A DNA stretch of 64,000 nucleotides, taken from the NCBI GenBank assembly GCA_965199955.1, contig CBDATQ010000002.1, forward strand, positions 768,001 through 832,000, given 5' to 3'. A program made the translations under genes and the position numbers. Of this stretch, positions 50,161-59,864 are shown piece by piece; the first letter of the stretch is position 1; every line of letters starts with the position of its first letter. The stretch is from Spirochaetia bacterium. Lineage in GTDB: Bacteria; Spirochaetota; Spirochaetia; SZUA-6; Bin103. The notes beneath the pieces were generated by a model that did no database searches, had not been told where the DNA came from, and saw nothing but the letters and a program-made list of their open reading frames with translations.

Positions 50161-51225
50161 CTACAACGAAACCGGCCGGCCGGTGCGGACGGATTCGATC
50201 GCCGCCTCGCTGACCACGGAGCCGAACGCGCCGTGGCGGCCGGGCGACAGGTTCACTGCCGCGCCGCGCGCCACGTCGATCAGGTTCGCGGAGGGACCGC
50301 CGACCGGGTAGGTGTCCTCCAGCGGTTCGTACTCGGTGAGGCCGTCTGCGCCGTCCACGGTGAGCGTCCCCTTCCAGAGCTCCTGCTCCAGGACACCGCC
50401 GGTGCCGTGCACGCGCAGCTCGTAGTGCATCTTCGCGGCCGTCGCCGCCCCGTTGGAGGCCAGGCTCACCAGCGTGCCGTCGTCGAGCACGATCACCAGC
50501 GCGTCGTAGACGTCCACTGTCGCGCCGTCGTTCTCGAAGCGCGCGAACACCTCGACCGGCTTCCGCTCCGTGAGGTAGCTGACGTACGCTGCCGGATGGG
50601 AGACCTGCGTGTAGATCTGGCCGCCGCCGGCGATCGCCGGGTCGCTGTAGGAGGTCTGGCCCGGCACCAGGTAGGGCCGCTGGTGCTCGGAGCGCGCCTC
50701 GTCCTCGGACGGCATCGCCTCGTCCCACTCCAGCCCGTGGTAGAGGCCTTGGGTGAGATTGGTGAACAGGATGCTGATCATCCGCACCGTGCCGATGCCT
50801 CCGGCCTGCAGCACGCGGCGCGCCTCCTGGCAGTGGCGTGTGAAGTGATAGGTGGCGCCCACCATGAGGTGCAGCCCTTTCTCGTCGGCAAGGCGCACTA
50901 GATCCAGGCCCTCGGAGCCGCGGATCGTGAACGGCTTCTCGATCAGCACGTGCAGGCCGCGTTCAAGCGCCGCCTTGCCCTGCTCGTAGTGGAGCGCCGG
51001 CACGGAGCTGATCACGACCGCCTGCAGCCTGTCGATCGCCAGCACTTCGTCGGCGGTCGTGCAGGCGCGCGCGACGCCGAAGTCGCGGGCGATGCGCTCC
51101 GCGGTCGCTCCGTCGCGGTGCTGCACCGCCACTAGGTCGGCGTGAGGATTGTCCCGCAGGGCCGGCACATGGGCGGTCGTACCCCACCAGCCGGCGCCGA
51201 TCACCGCGCACTTCACTTGCTCCAT
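50161..51225 (-). CDS. Gfo/Idh/MocA oxidoreductase
   Basis: AVIGAGWWG, HVLIEKP, GGGQIYTQVSH. Confidence 0.92.
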   Translation of the reverse strand: MEQVKCAVIGAGWWGTTAHVPALRDNPHADLVAVQHRDGATAERIARDFGVARACTTADEVLAIDRLQAVVISSVPALHYEQGKAALERGLHVLIEKPFTIRGSEGLDLVRLADEKGLHLMVGATYHFTRHCQEARRVLQAGGIGTVRMISILFTNLTQGLYHGLEWDEAMPSEDEARSEHQRPYLVPGQTSYSDPAIAGGGQIYTQVSHPAAYVSYLTERKPVEVFARFENDGATVDVYDALVIVLDDGTLVSLASNGAATAAKMHYELRVHGTGGVLEQELWKGTLTVDGADGLTEYEPLEDTYPVGGPSANLIDVARGAAVNLSPGRHGAFGSVVSEAAIESVRTGRPVSL

Positions 51226-51279
51226 GAGCGCAAGCATAGGTCCGGCGCTCATCGCGGCTCAACTGCTATCTTGGGCGGC

Positions 51280-52209
51280 ATGCAGAGGATCAGGCGAGCG
51301 CAGGCCATGCGCTACGAGTTCGTCGCCGACGAGCCGCTCATCACCGTGGAGCAGGGCGAGAGCTTCCAGGTGGAGACCGAGGATGCCGGGTCCGGGCTGG
51401 TCACCTCCCCGGAGATGGCCGACCGCATCCCGTCGCTGCCGACCAAGCGCGCGACGCCGCCGAAGAGCAACCCGATCGGCGGGCCGATCGCGGTTGCCGG
51501 CGCCGAGCCGGGCGACCTGCTGGAAGTCGAGATCGAGGCGATCGACCTGCAGCCCACCGGCTACACGAACTGGGGCCCGGACTGCACGAAGATCGGCGAC
51601 GACTTCCGCTGGCCGGAGTTGAACCGGTGGACGGTGCGCGTGTTCGAGCACCGCGACGGCAGCACCTTCCTGGACGGCGAACGGCTGTGGCCGACGCGGC
51701 CGATGGTGGGCTGCATCGGCGTCGCCCCGGAGCGGGAGGCGCTCAATACGTCGACCGGACAGACCATCTCCGGCGGCAACCTGGATTCGCGCGACATCAC
51801 CGTGGGCACGAGCGTGCAACTCAACGTCTTCCATCCGGGCGCGCTGCTGTTCCTGGGCGACGTGCACGCCAGCCAGGCGGACACCGAGTACTACGGCACC
51901 GCCGACGAGACGCGGGCGGTCGTGCAGGCGCGTTGCCGGGTGATCAAGGGCACGCGCATCCCCTTCATCCGGCTGCTGAAGCAAGACTCGATCGTCGCGC
52001 TGCGCACCGGCGCCCCGCTGGCCGTGCTGGTCGACCAGGCGGTCGAGGACCTGATGCGCTGGCTGGTGGACGATTACGGCGTGGCGCCTGAGCGCGCCTA
52101 CCTGCACACCTGCATCAACCCCGACTTCCGCATCAACGTCTACCAGTACACGATGGGGCTGGCGACCGTGGGCGCCGAGTTGCCCATGCGCTACCTGCCG
52201 GCCAAATGA
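51280..52209 (+). CDS. acetamidase/formamidase family protein
   Basis: NPIGGPIAVAGAEPGD, PMVGCIGVAP, GGNLD, GDVHASQADTE. Confidence 0.9.
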   Translation: MQRIRRAQAMRYEFVADEPLITVEQGESFQVETEDAGSGLVTSPEMADRIPSLPTKRATPPKSNPIGGPIAVAGAEPGDLLEVEIEAIDLQPTGYTNWGPDCTKIGDDFRWPELNRWTVRVFEHRDGSTFLDGERLWPTRPMVGCIGVAPEREALNTSTGQTISGGNLDSRDITVGTSVQLNVFHPGALLFLGDVHASQADTEYYGTADETRAVVQARCRVIKGTRIPFIRLLKQDSIVALRTGAPLAVLVDQAVEDLMRWLVDDYGVAPERAYLHTCINPDFRINVYQYTMGLATVGAELPMRYLPAK

Positions 52210-52958
52210 TCTCCTCGAACATGGGAGCGCGGCTCCCCAGGCCGAGCGTCTGCATCGTCGGGGCGTCCGGGAAGCTCGGGCAGTACATGGTGCAGCATGC
52301 TCTGGATCGCGGCTGCGATGTGGTCGGCGTCTGCCGTGAGCGCAGCGTCGGCAAGCTCGACCGGTTCCGCGGGCGAATCACGATCGCTCCCGGAGACACG
52401 AACGACCGCGCGGTCGTCAGGAAGGCGGTCGCGGGATGCGATGCCGTACTCACCGTGCTCGTCCCGTGGGGAGTCCGGCAGTACGCGACCGGAACCGCTC
52501 AGGCGGTGCTCGACTACGCGCCTCCGGGGGCACGTCTCATCTTCTCGTGCGGGTGGCACATCACCCTCGACGGGCACGACGTGTACTCGTGGAAGCTGAA
52601 GGCGTTGGTGATGATCTTCGGCGCGCTCGCGCGCCTCGCGCGCTTCGCGGACCTTGATGATCAGGTGGAAGCGTGCCGGCGCGTGTTCGCCAGCGACACG
52701 CGGTGGACGGTCGTGCGCGGAAGCGATCTCGAAGAGGGTGAGAGCCAGGGCCTGCCCGTGTGGAGCCGGCACGTGGGCGACCCGATCCTGGAGAGCAACC
52801 TCACCCGCCGGGTGGATTTCGCGCTGTTCATGGTGGACGCCGTAGAGAACGATGGGTTGGTCCGTGAAGCCCCTGCGATCGTCGGCTGCAAGACGCCGTC
52901 GGCGCTCGCGCATCGCCGGCAAACCGGCGACAATCGGCATACGGGGATTACGGCATGA
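52206..52958 (+). CDS. NAD(P)H-binding (biliverdin reductase B-like) protein
   Basis: IVGASGKLG, WTVVRG, TRRVDFALFM. Confidence 0.85.
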   Translation: MISSNMGARLPRPSVCIVGASGKLGQYMVQHALDRGCDVVGVCRERSVGKLDRFRGRITIAPGDTNDRAVVRKAVAGCDAVLTVLVPWGVRQYATGTAQAVLDYAPPGARLIFSCGWHITLDGHDVYSWKLKALVMIFGALARLARFADLDDQVEACRRVFASDTRWTVVRGSDLEEGESQGLPVWSRHVGDPILESNLTRRVDFALFMVDAVENDGLVREAPAIVGCKTPSALAHRRQTGDNRHTGITA

Positions 52959-53719
52959 AGATCACGAGCGCACAGGTGGAGGCATACCGCCGCGACGGCT
53001 TCACGGTGGTGGAGGACGTCCTGACGGCGGACGAGGTGCGGGAGACGCGCGCGCATATCGAAGCGATCGCCGAGGGCCGGGTTCCGTTCCCGGAAGCCAA
53101 CCTCGAGTACGAGCCCGGCGCGCGGGACAAGGGCCGTTCCCTGGACACGCTGCGCAAGATCAACGAGGCGGCGCCGCACGATGCGTTCTTCATGGAGTAC
53201 GCCCGGCACCCCCGCATCATGGAGGTCGTGACCGCCCTGCTCGGCCCCGACATCATGTTGTTCGGGGATCAGATCTTCATGAAGCCGCCCGGAGGAGTCG
53301 AGAAGCCGTATCACCAGGACTCCGCCTACTTCAAGATCGAACCGACCGACTTGGCCACCTGCTGGATGGCGCTGGACGAAGTCACGCTGGAGAACGGCTG
53401 TCTGTACGTCATTCCCGGCAGCCATCGGCAAGGCATCCGCGACCACAGCCAGGAGTGGCAGGTGGGCGACCGCACCGACATGCAGGTGCCGGACGAGGCG
53501 ATCGACCTGACGCGGGAGGTGCCCATCACGCTGCGCGCCGGAAGCTGCTCGTTCCACCACAGCGTGCTGCTGCACCGGTCAGGGCCGAACCGCACCCCGT
53601 ACCGGCGGCGCGGGCTTGCCGTGCACTACATGAGCGCCCGCTCCCGCTGGACCGGCGACCCGGCAGACAAGCCTGACTACCCGCTCCTTCACGGCAGGTC
53701 GCACCCCGGGTGCGTGTAG
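52955..53719 (+). CDS. PhyH family dioxygenase
   Basis: YRRDGF, FMKPP, YHQD, ENGCLYVIPGSH, LLHRSGPNRT. Confidence 0.92.
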   Translation: MKITSAQVEAYRRDGFTVVEDVLTADEVRETRAHIEAIAEGRVPFPEANLEYEPGARDKGRSLDTLRKINEAAPHDAFFMEYARHPRIMEVVTALLGPDIMLFGDQIFMKPPGGVEKPYHQDSAYFKIEPTDLATCWMALDEVTLENGCLYVIPGSHRQGIRDHSQEWQVGDRTDMQVPDEAIDLTREVPITLRAGSCSFHHSVLLHRSGPNRTPYRRRGLAVHYMSARSRWTGDPADKPDYPLLHGRSHPGCV

Positions 53720-53874
53720 CCCAGCAACCGTCTGGGGCCGCCGCCATGTGGCGAGAATACCCCCCTATTCTGGCCAAGAGATGGCTGGAATTGCCTTGGA
53801 TTCAAGCCACCGGGCGCTACGCGGCCGGCGTCGAGGGTACGGGAGCCCGCGTCCCGCCGTGCTACCCTGTGGGC

Positions 53875-54237
53875 ATGGCAACGCAAGGGGTCGTCAAGCG
53901 TTCGACCGAGGTGCCGTGCGCGACGGTCGCCGCCGGCACCGCGACCGAGACGGCGGTGCTGATCGGGCCGGCCGACGGGGCGCCGAACTTCGCCATGCGG
54001 CGCTTCACGATGGGCGCGGGCGGCGGCATGCCGCGCCATACCAACCTGGTGGAGCACGAGCAGTACGTGGTGCGCGGACGGGCCAACGTGACGGTCGGCG
54101 ACACCGTGCACGAGGTCGGGGAGGGCGACGTGCTGCTCATTCCCGGCGGCACGCCGCACTCCTACGAGGTGGAGCAGGCGCCGTTCGAGTTCCTGTGCAT
54201 CGTCCCGAATCGCGAGGACCGGATCGAGCTCTGCTGA
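53875..54237 (+). CDS. cupin domain protein
   Basis: APNFAMRRF, PRHTNLVEHEQY, IPGGTPHSY, FLCIVP. Confidence 0.9.
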   Translation: MATQGVVKRSTEVPCATVAAGTATETAVLIGPADGAPNFAMRRFTMGAGGGMPRHTNLVEHEQYVVRGRANVTVGDTVHEVGEGDVLLIPGGTPHSYEVEQAPFEFLCIVPNREDRIELC

Positions 54238-54257
54238 GCCATGAGGAGGACAAGGGA

Positions 54258-54632
54258 GTGATCGGAATTCATCTTGCTGCAAGGCTCAAGGGTTTGCGGC
54301 TCCTGGGAAGCGGCGCGTTGATCGTGGCGTCGATCGCAGCGTGCGCTTCGCCGCCGCAGTTGCGCGACGTCTCCGAGGACTCGGTGACGCTGGTCTCACA
54401 AGGCCCATTGAACGCGGAGGAGCAGAGCATGGCGACCGCGCAAGCCCAGCATTCATGCTCCTTGTTCGACCGAAGAGCCGTTCAGCAAACGCCTTCGTTC
54501 GAGGGGGTATGCGAAACGCCTGTGAACAGCTCCCTGGACCTGTTTGGTGGTGGTCCCGGATGCAAGGACGACATCCGCCGGCACGTATTCGCGTGCGTGG
54601 CACCTGATGTAGACGATAGAGGAGAGGGGTAG
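54258..54632 (+). CDS. putative small lipoprotein
   Basis: AGGAGG SD, basic+hydrophobic leader with IAAC lipobox, four further Cys; lower GC. Confidence 0.55.
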   Translation: MIGIHLAARLKGLRLLGSGALIVASIAACASPPQLRDVSEDSVTLVSQGPLNAEEQSMATAQAQHSCSLFDRRAVQQTPSFEGVCETPVNSSLDLFGGGPGCKDDIRRHVFACVAPDVDDRGEG

Positions 54633-54661
54633 ACGTCTGCTGGCCGCCGCCGGCGCCGCGC

Positions 54662-56185
54662 TCAGGCCGGCCGAGACAATCCGAGCCGTCGATACTGCTC
54701 GGGCGGGGCGTCGGCCTCGGTCATCAGCCGCAGCAGGTGATCGATCATGCCCGCCTCGATCGCCTCATCTTCCAGGGGAGCGGTCTGACCGGGGTCGTTG
54801 CGGAGGTCGAACAGCCGTGAGCGGTTCCGGTCGGCGTGGCGGCCCCGTTCCGCCCCGAACCGCACGCGGGTCGGGATGCGCAGCGTGCCCATCCCCTTGG
54901 TGAAGGAGAACGGATCGGCCAGCGTGGCGTCGCGCAGCTCGTCGGTACCGAAGCGCGTGCGCATGCGCGCCGGCATCAGCGTGTAGTCGTAGAGCTCCTG
55001 GTCGTCGACGTCCGCGGGGCCGCGCCAGTACACGTAGCGGCCGTCGGTGACGTTCACGTGCGCGCCGTGCTGGCCGAAGATCGCGGCGTCGCGCACCGGC
55101 GCGTCTCGTTCCAGCACCGGCGTCAGGTCGCAGCCGAGCATGTCGTCGAACCGCTCGAACCCGAAGTACGACAGCAGTGTCGGGCCCAGATCGATCGACG
55201 GCTGCACCAGCGCCTCTCGCCGTTCACCGCGCACGCCGGCGCGCGGGTCCCATACGAAGAATGGCGTGTGCGACACCTCCTCGTAGTACGGCGCCCACAC
55301 CTTGGCCCAGCACTCGTGCTCGCCGAGCAGGAAGCCGTGGTCGGTCCAGACGATGAGCATCGTGTCGTCCCACAGCGACAGCTCGTCCATGGTGTCCAGC
55401 ACGTCGCCCAGGCGTGCGTCGCACATCGACACCAGGGATGCGTACTCGTGGCGCATGTGGTCGACCAGCTCGGCGTCCTCGGTCACGTAGTCGTAGCGCG
55501 GCCAGTCGAACAGCGGCCCGTTCTTCGCGCGCCACCCCGCGTAGTGATCGGCGTAGCGGTCCTTGAACTCGCGGCTGCTGTAGAACGGCTCGTGCGGGTC
55601 GAAGGTCTCCATGTGCAGGAACCAGTTGTCGTCGTCGCGGTTGCGGCGCATGAAGTCGATGCCGGCGGCGACCGTCTGCGACTGCGGCAGCTCCGCGGTA
55701 GTGCGCATGAACAGGCGGTTGACGCGATCCTGCACCCGCGTCGGGTCGTCGGAGGCATTCTGGCCCAGGGCGCTGCCGGCCGGCGGCGGGGTGACCATGC
55801 CGATCCACGGATCGCCCTCCTGTCCGCGGAAGAACTCCCAGCTCCGGTAGCGGGCGTGGTAGTTGGCGCCGCCCTCTTCCCAGTAGTGGTAGTGGTCGGA
55901 CGACAGGTGCGTGTAGACCCCGTTCTCGCGCAGGAAGTCCGGCACCGAGTCGTCGAACGGCTCGATCGGCCCCCAGCTCCGGTGCAGGAAGTTGGGGCGG
56001 CCGGTGTGCAGGTCGCGCCGCGCCGGCATGCACGGCATGGAGCAGATGTAGGAGCGGTCGAACACGGCGGTGCGCTCGGCCAGCCGCGCGAAGTTGGGGG
56101 CATGGACCGGCGGGGCGGCGCCGCCGCCGTACGGGGGCAGCATGTGGCGGTTCAGGGAGTCGAACATCAGCATCACGCACTTCAT
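54662..56185 (-). CDS. sulfatase
   Basis: FDSLNR, CMPAR (CxPxR), DPHEP, TDHGFLLGEH. Confidence 0.94.
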   Translation of the reverse strand: MKCVMLMFDSLNRHMLPPYGGGAAPPVHAPNFARLAERTAVFDRSYICSMPCMPARRDLHTGRPNFLHRSWGPIEPFDDSVPDFLRENGVYTHLSSDHYHYWEEGGANYHARYRSWEFFRGQEGDPWIGMVTPPPAGSALGQNASDDPTRVQDRVNRLFMRTTAELPQSQTVAAGIDFMRRNRDDDNWFLHMETFDPHEPFYSSREFKDRYADHYAGWRAKNGPLFDWPRYDYVTEDAELVDHMRHEYASLVSMCDARLGDVLDTMDELSLWDDTMLIVWTDHGFLLGEHECWAKVWAPYYEEVSHTPFFVWDPRAGVRGERREALVQPSIDLGPTLLSYFGFERFDDMLGCDLTPVLERDAPVRDAAIFGQHGAHVNVTDGRYVYWRGPADVDDQELYDYTLMPARMRTRFGTDELRDATLADPFSFTKGMGTLRIPTRVRFGAERGRHADRNRSRLFDLRNDPGQTAPLEDEAIEAGMIDHLLRLMTEADAPPEQYRRLGLSRPA

Positions 56186-56268
56186 GGACGGGTTCCTCGC
56201 CGGGCGAGGGTAGCACGCGCCGGGCGTCCTGACCGTCGCGCGCGGATCTGGTATCGTTCCCGCCGATC

Positions 56269-57015
56269 GTGCAGAACATGGACAGTCCTCCGGTCTTCGA
56301 CGCCAACATCGCCGTCGGCGATACCAAGGTGAGCCTCTCGCCGCTCCGCGATCGCGCGCAGCTCCTGGCAGAGATGGACCGCCACGGCGTCGGCCGCGCG
56401 CTGATCCATCACCCGAACAGCCACGAGCCGTTCGTGGACGGCGTCGTGACCGACGAGGAGCTGGACGAATGGCGCAACGATCGGCTGTTCCCGCAGTGGA
56501 CGGGATTGCCGGTACCCATCTCGATCGAACGCCTGGTCGAGCGGCACGCGGCCGGCGACCTGACCTGTGTGCGCATCTGCGCGGGCGAGCGCGTGTATTC
56601 GCCGTTCACTCCCTGGCTGTACGGCGAGCTGCTGACGTGGCTGGCCGAGATCGGCGCGCCCGCCGTGATCGACCTGACGGAGCTGGCACCGGATGACATC
56701 GTGCGCACGCTCAACGGTTTCCCGCGCCTGCGCAGCATCGTGGTGGGTGCCCATCCTACGCACCAGCACTTCGTGCCGGCCATGCTGCGCGCGGTCGACG
56801 GCATGCATCTTGAGCTCAGCCGCTACGAGCCCCTGGGCGGGGTGGAGGCGCTCTGCCGGGAGTTCGGCTCCTCGCGGCTCCTGTACGGATCGTGGTATCC
56901 GCGCTACGCGATGGGCCCCATCGTCCACTTCCTGCGCACGATCGAGTTGTCCGACAGCGACCGCGTGGCCTTGCTGGCCGGGACGCTCGAAGGACTGCTG
57001 GGGATAGACGCGTGA
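56269..57015 (+). CDS. amidohydrolase-fold protein, metal ligands degenerate
   Basis: FDANIAVG (HxH lost), EMDRHGVGRAL, RLLYGSWYP (catalytic Asp lost). Confidence 0.7.
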   Translation: MQNMDSPPVFDANIAVGDTKVSLSPLRDRAQLLAEMDRHGVGRALIHHPNSHEPFVDGVVTDEELDEWRNDRLFPQWTGLPVPISIERLVERHAAGDLTCVRICAGERVYSPFTPWLYGELLTWLAEIGAPAVIDLTELAPDDIVRTLNGFPRLRSIVVGAHPTHQHFVPAMLRAVDGMHLELSRYEPLGGVEALCREFGSSRLLYGSWYPRYAMGPIVHFLRTIELSDSDRVALLAGTLEGLLGIDA

Positions 57016-57731
57016 TCATCGACTTTCACGGCCACACCGGCATGGGCGCCACCGCCGACGAGATGCTGCGCGCGATGGACGGGGCCGGCGTCGACCGCGC
57101 CTGCTTGTTCAACATTTATCATCCGACCGGAGTACGCGCCAACGACGAGACCGCCGCCTTCTGCGCCGCCCACCCCGACCGCTTCCTGGGCTTCTCCTTC
57201 GTGTCCCCGCACCTTCCGGAAGCGGACATCACCGCCGAGCTCCGCCGCGCCGCCGACGACCTGGGCCTGGTCGCGATCAAGATCTACCCGCCGTACGCGC
57301 CGTGGTCGCTGGACCACGAGCGCTACTGGCCCATCTACCGGTTTGCGGACGATCGCGGGCTTGCGGTGATCAGCCACACCGGCCGCGAGTGGCAGGGGCA
57401 TCCGAAGTACCTGTCCGTGGTTGCGCCACTTTTCCCGGGCGCGCACTTCGTGTCCGGCCACACCGGCAACGAGCAGCCGTACCGCGGCCAGGCGCTCGCC
57501 GCCGCACAGGCATACACGAACGTCTACCTGGAGACCTGCTCCACGTTCCGCACGCCGGGGGTGATCGAGGAGCTGGTCGCCGAGGGGGGCGAGGACCGGG
57601 TGCTGTTCGGCTCCGACATCCCGCTCATGGACCCGCGCAGCCAGATCGCCAAGGTGCTCACCGCCGACATCAGCGAAACCGCCAAGCGCAAGGTGCTCGG
57701 CGACAACGCGGCACGACTCCTCGGGATCTGA
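57012..57731 (+). CDS. amidohydrolase_2 family protein
   Basis: IIDFHGH, ISHT, SGH, VLFGSDIP, LGDNAARL. Confidence 0.9.
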   Translation: MIIDFHGHTGMGATADEMLRAMDGAGVDRACLFNIYHPTGVRANDETAAFCAAHPDRFLGFSFVSPHLPEADITAELRRAADDLGLVAIKIYPPYAPWSLDHERYWPIYRFADDRGLAVISHTGREWQGHPKYLSVVAPLFPGAHFVSGHTGNEQPYRGQALAAAQAYTNVYLETCSTFRTPGVIEELVAEGGEDRVLFGSDIPLMDPRSQIAKVLTADISETAKRKVLGDNAARLLGI

Positions 57732-57734
57732 CCC

Positions 57735-58088
57735 TCAGCCGCTGCCCCGGGCCCGCAGCCGGGCAACGAGTTGATGGACGCCCCAGCCGACGGCGGCGAC
57801 GAGCACCACGTACACCCACCACGGCAGGTTGCGCCCGAAGACCAGTACGTACAGGTAGGGGACGACGGTCGCCGCCAGGAAGATCATGCTCCAGCGCCCG
57901 ACCGCCCCGCGGTCGCTCTTGAGGGCGCGGGCCATGCGGTACAGCGAATAGTAGAACAGGGGACCGCAGACCGCCGACAGGGCCAGGAACACGTACGGAT
58001 TGACCGCGTAGCGTTCCCGTGTAGTTGTCACCAAGTCGCCGATCCAGGCGATGACCGTCTCGAGCACGAAGGACACGAATCCTAACAT
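57735..58088 (-). CDS. hypothetical membrane protein
   Basis: YAVNPYVF..PYLYVLVFGRNLPWWVY; three hydrophobic segments. Confidence 0.7.
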   Translation of the reverse strand: MLGFVSFVLETVIAWIGDLVTTTRERYAVNPYVFLALSAVCGPLFYYSLYRMARALKSDRGAVGRWSMIFLAATVVPYLYVLVFGRNLPWWVYVVLVAAVGWGVHQLVARLRARGSG

Positions 58089-58123
58089 GCGCGGCCGTGC
58101 CATAATATCGGCGGATACCGGTC

Positions 58124-59023
58124 ATGGCGAAGGAGAGGATGGCGAGCATTGATCGCGACGCGTTCGAGAGGGACGGCTTCCTCCTGCTCCGAGGGCTGCT
58201 TGCGCCGGAGGACCTCGCCCCGGTCCTGCGGGTGATCCTGGAGGCGGCCGGGCGGCTTATCGACGACCTGTGCGAGCAGGGCCGGCTGCCGTCGCGGTTC
58301 GGGGACGACCCCATGGTCGCGCGCTGGCAGCAGGCGGTCGCCGCGCTCGGCGGCGAGCACGAGCGGAGGAGCTGGGATGCAGACGTGGTCACCCCCGAGC
58401 TGCACGCCCTGATGGCACACCCGCGCGTGCTGGACGTGGTCGAGTCCGTCATCGGCGGCGAGATCGAGGCCACCGGCATGATCGCGGTCCGCCCGAAGAT
58501 CCCGAACGACAAGCGCACCACCGTGCTCTGGCACCAGGACAGCAATTACTTCGGCGAGCAGACGGCGGCACAGCGGATCATCAGCGTGTGGTTCCCGCTG
58601 GTGCCCGCCGACGCGCACAACGGCTGCATGCAGGTCATCCCCGGCAGTCACCGGCACGGCTATCACGCGGCGGAGATCGACCCCGACCACAAGGCGCTGC
58701 GGCCGCTGGACGATCCCACGCGGTTCGGGGAGCCGGTGACGCTGCCGATGCAGGTCGGCGACGTGCTGTTCTTCAGCAACCTGACCTATCACCGCTCGCT
58801 GATGAACGGCAGCGGTCACACCCGCTGGAGCATCGACCTGCGTTACCACCGGGCCGGCATGGAGCATCCGCGCAAGCCGGACTTTCTGCCGGGATTCATC
58901 GCCCGCAGCCGCGCCGATCCGGCGGCCGAGGAGGGGTGGCCCGAGTGGCGCGATCAGGTCGCGGGTAGCACGTACTTCAACCGGATGCGCGCCATGAAGC
59001 GCGCCGCCCCGCTGGCGGTCTGA
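58124..59023 (+). CDS. PhyH family dioxygenase
   Basis: FERDGF, WHQD, NGCMQVIPGSH, YHRSLMN, RWSIDLRY. Confidence 0.92.
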   Translation: MAKERMASIDRDAFERDGFLLLRGLLAPEDLAPVLRVILEAAGRLIDDLCEQGRLPSRFGDDPMVARWQQAVAALGGEHERRSWDADVVTPELHALMAHPRVLDVVESVIGGEIEATGMIAVRPKIPNDKRTTVLWHQDSNYFGEQTAAQRIISVWFPLVPADAHNGCMQVIPGSHRHGYHAAEIDPDHKALRPLDDPTRFGEPVTLPMQVGDVLFFSNLTYHRSLMNGSGHTRWSIDLRYHRAGMEHPRKPDFLPGFIARSRADPAAEEGWPEWRDQVAGSTYFNRMRAMKRAAPLAV

Positions 59024-59032
59024 GCCGCTTCG

Positions 59033-59809
59033 CTACAAACCGCCGCCCACTCCCACGAGCAGGCTGAGGCTGAACGACCAGGGCGTGAGCTTGGGCTTGC
59101 TGCCCTCCAGCACCGGGGCGCCGTCGAGGAGGCCGGTGCCGCCGAACAGCCGGTACGTCGGCTCCAGGGGGGCGTAGGCGACCCCGGCAATGAGGCCGGC
59201 GTGCAGTCCCCAAGGGTCGCCGGGGGGCAGCACCGCCAGCTCGAAGCCGGCCGAGGCCCTGAGCACGAGCGTGTTGGTGCCGACCGAGAACACGTTGGGA
59301 CTTCCGTCCAGCGAAACCACATCGTCGAATCCGCCGGGTCTGTCCGGGTATCCGCGCAGCCCCACCGTCTGCACGCCTGCTCCGGCGGTGACGAAGCCGA
59401 TCGCGGCCGGCAGCTTGATCGGAGCGTAGCCGACCTGCAGGGACAGCGCGTCGCTGGACAGCTCCACGGACCGGCTGTTCCGTGTGCTTGCGGTCCCGGC
59501 GTGGCTGCTTTCGAGCATCGCGACGAACTGCCCGTAGGTGACCAGTGCTCCCCAGCCGTGCGAGAAGCTGTTCCGGTTCGGGTCCCGGCTCTGACTCAGC
59601 CGCTCCAGGAGGTTCGGATACTCCTCGTCGAACCCGAGATGGGTCCAGCCGGCGCTGTAGTAGGTGAGCATGGTCAGGTCCGGTGGCCCGTAGAAGGCGG
59701 CGAGCAGGTCCTGTTGCGGGTTGTCCTGCGCTACGGCAAGCCCCGATACGCTCAGCGACACGACTGCCGCTGCCAACCATGCGAATCGTCTGTGCGTCGT
59801 CCTTCGCAT
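59033..59809 (-). CDS. secreted hypothetical protein, possible outer-membrane beta-barrel
   Basis: Signal peptide ..LAVA|QD, alternating beta-strand patterns, terminal strand FSLSLLVGVG; GGAGG SD. Confidence 0.55.
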   Translation of the reverse strand: MRRTTHRRFAWLAAAVVSLSVSGLAVAQDNPQQDLLAAFYGPPDLTMLTYYSAGWTHLGFDEEYPNLLERLSQSRDPNRNSFSHGWGALVTYGQFVAMLESSHAGTASTRNSRSVELSSDALSLQVGYAPIKLPAAIGFVTAGAGVQTVGLRGYPDRPGGFDDVVSLDGSPNVFSVGTNTLVLRASAGFELAVLPPGDPWGLHAGLIAGVAYAPLEPTYRLFGGTGLLDGAPVLEGSKPKLTPWSFSLSLLVGVGGGL

Positions 59810-59864
59810 GTCGTTCCCCTCCACGCCCAGCAGGCGCGCATGCCCACTGGACACGCGGAGTCTA

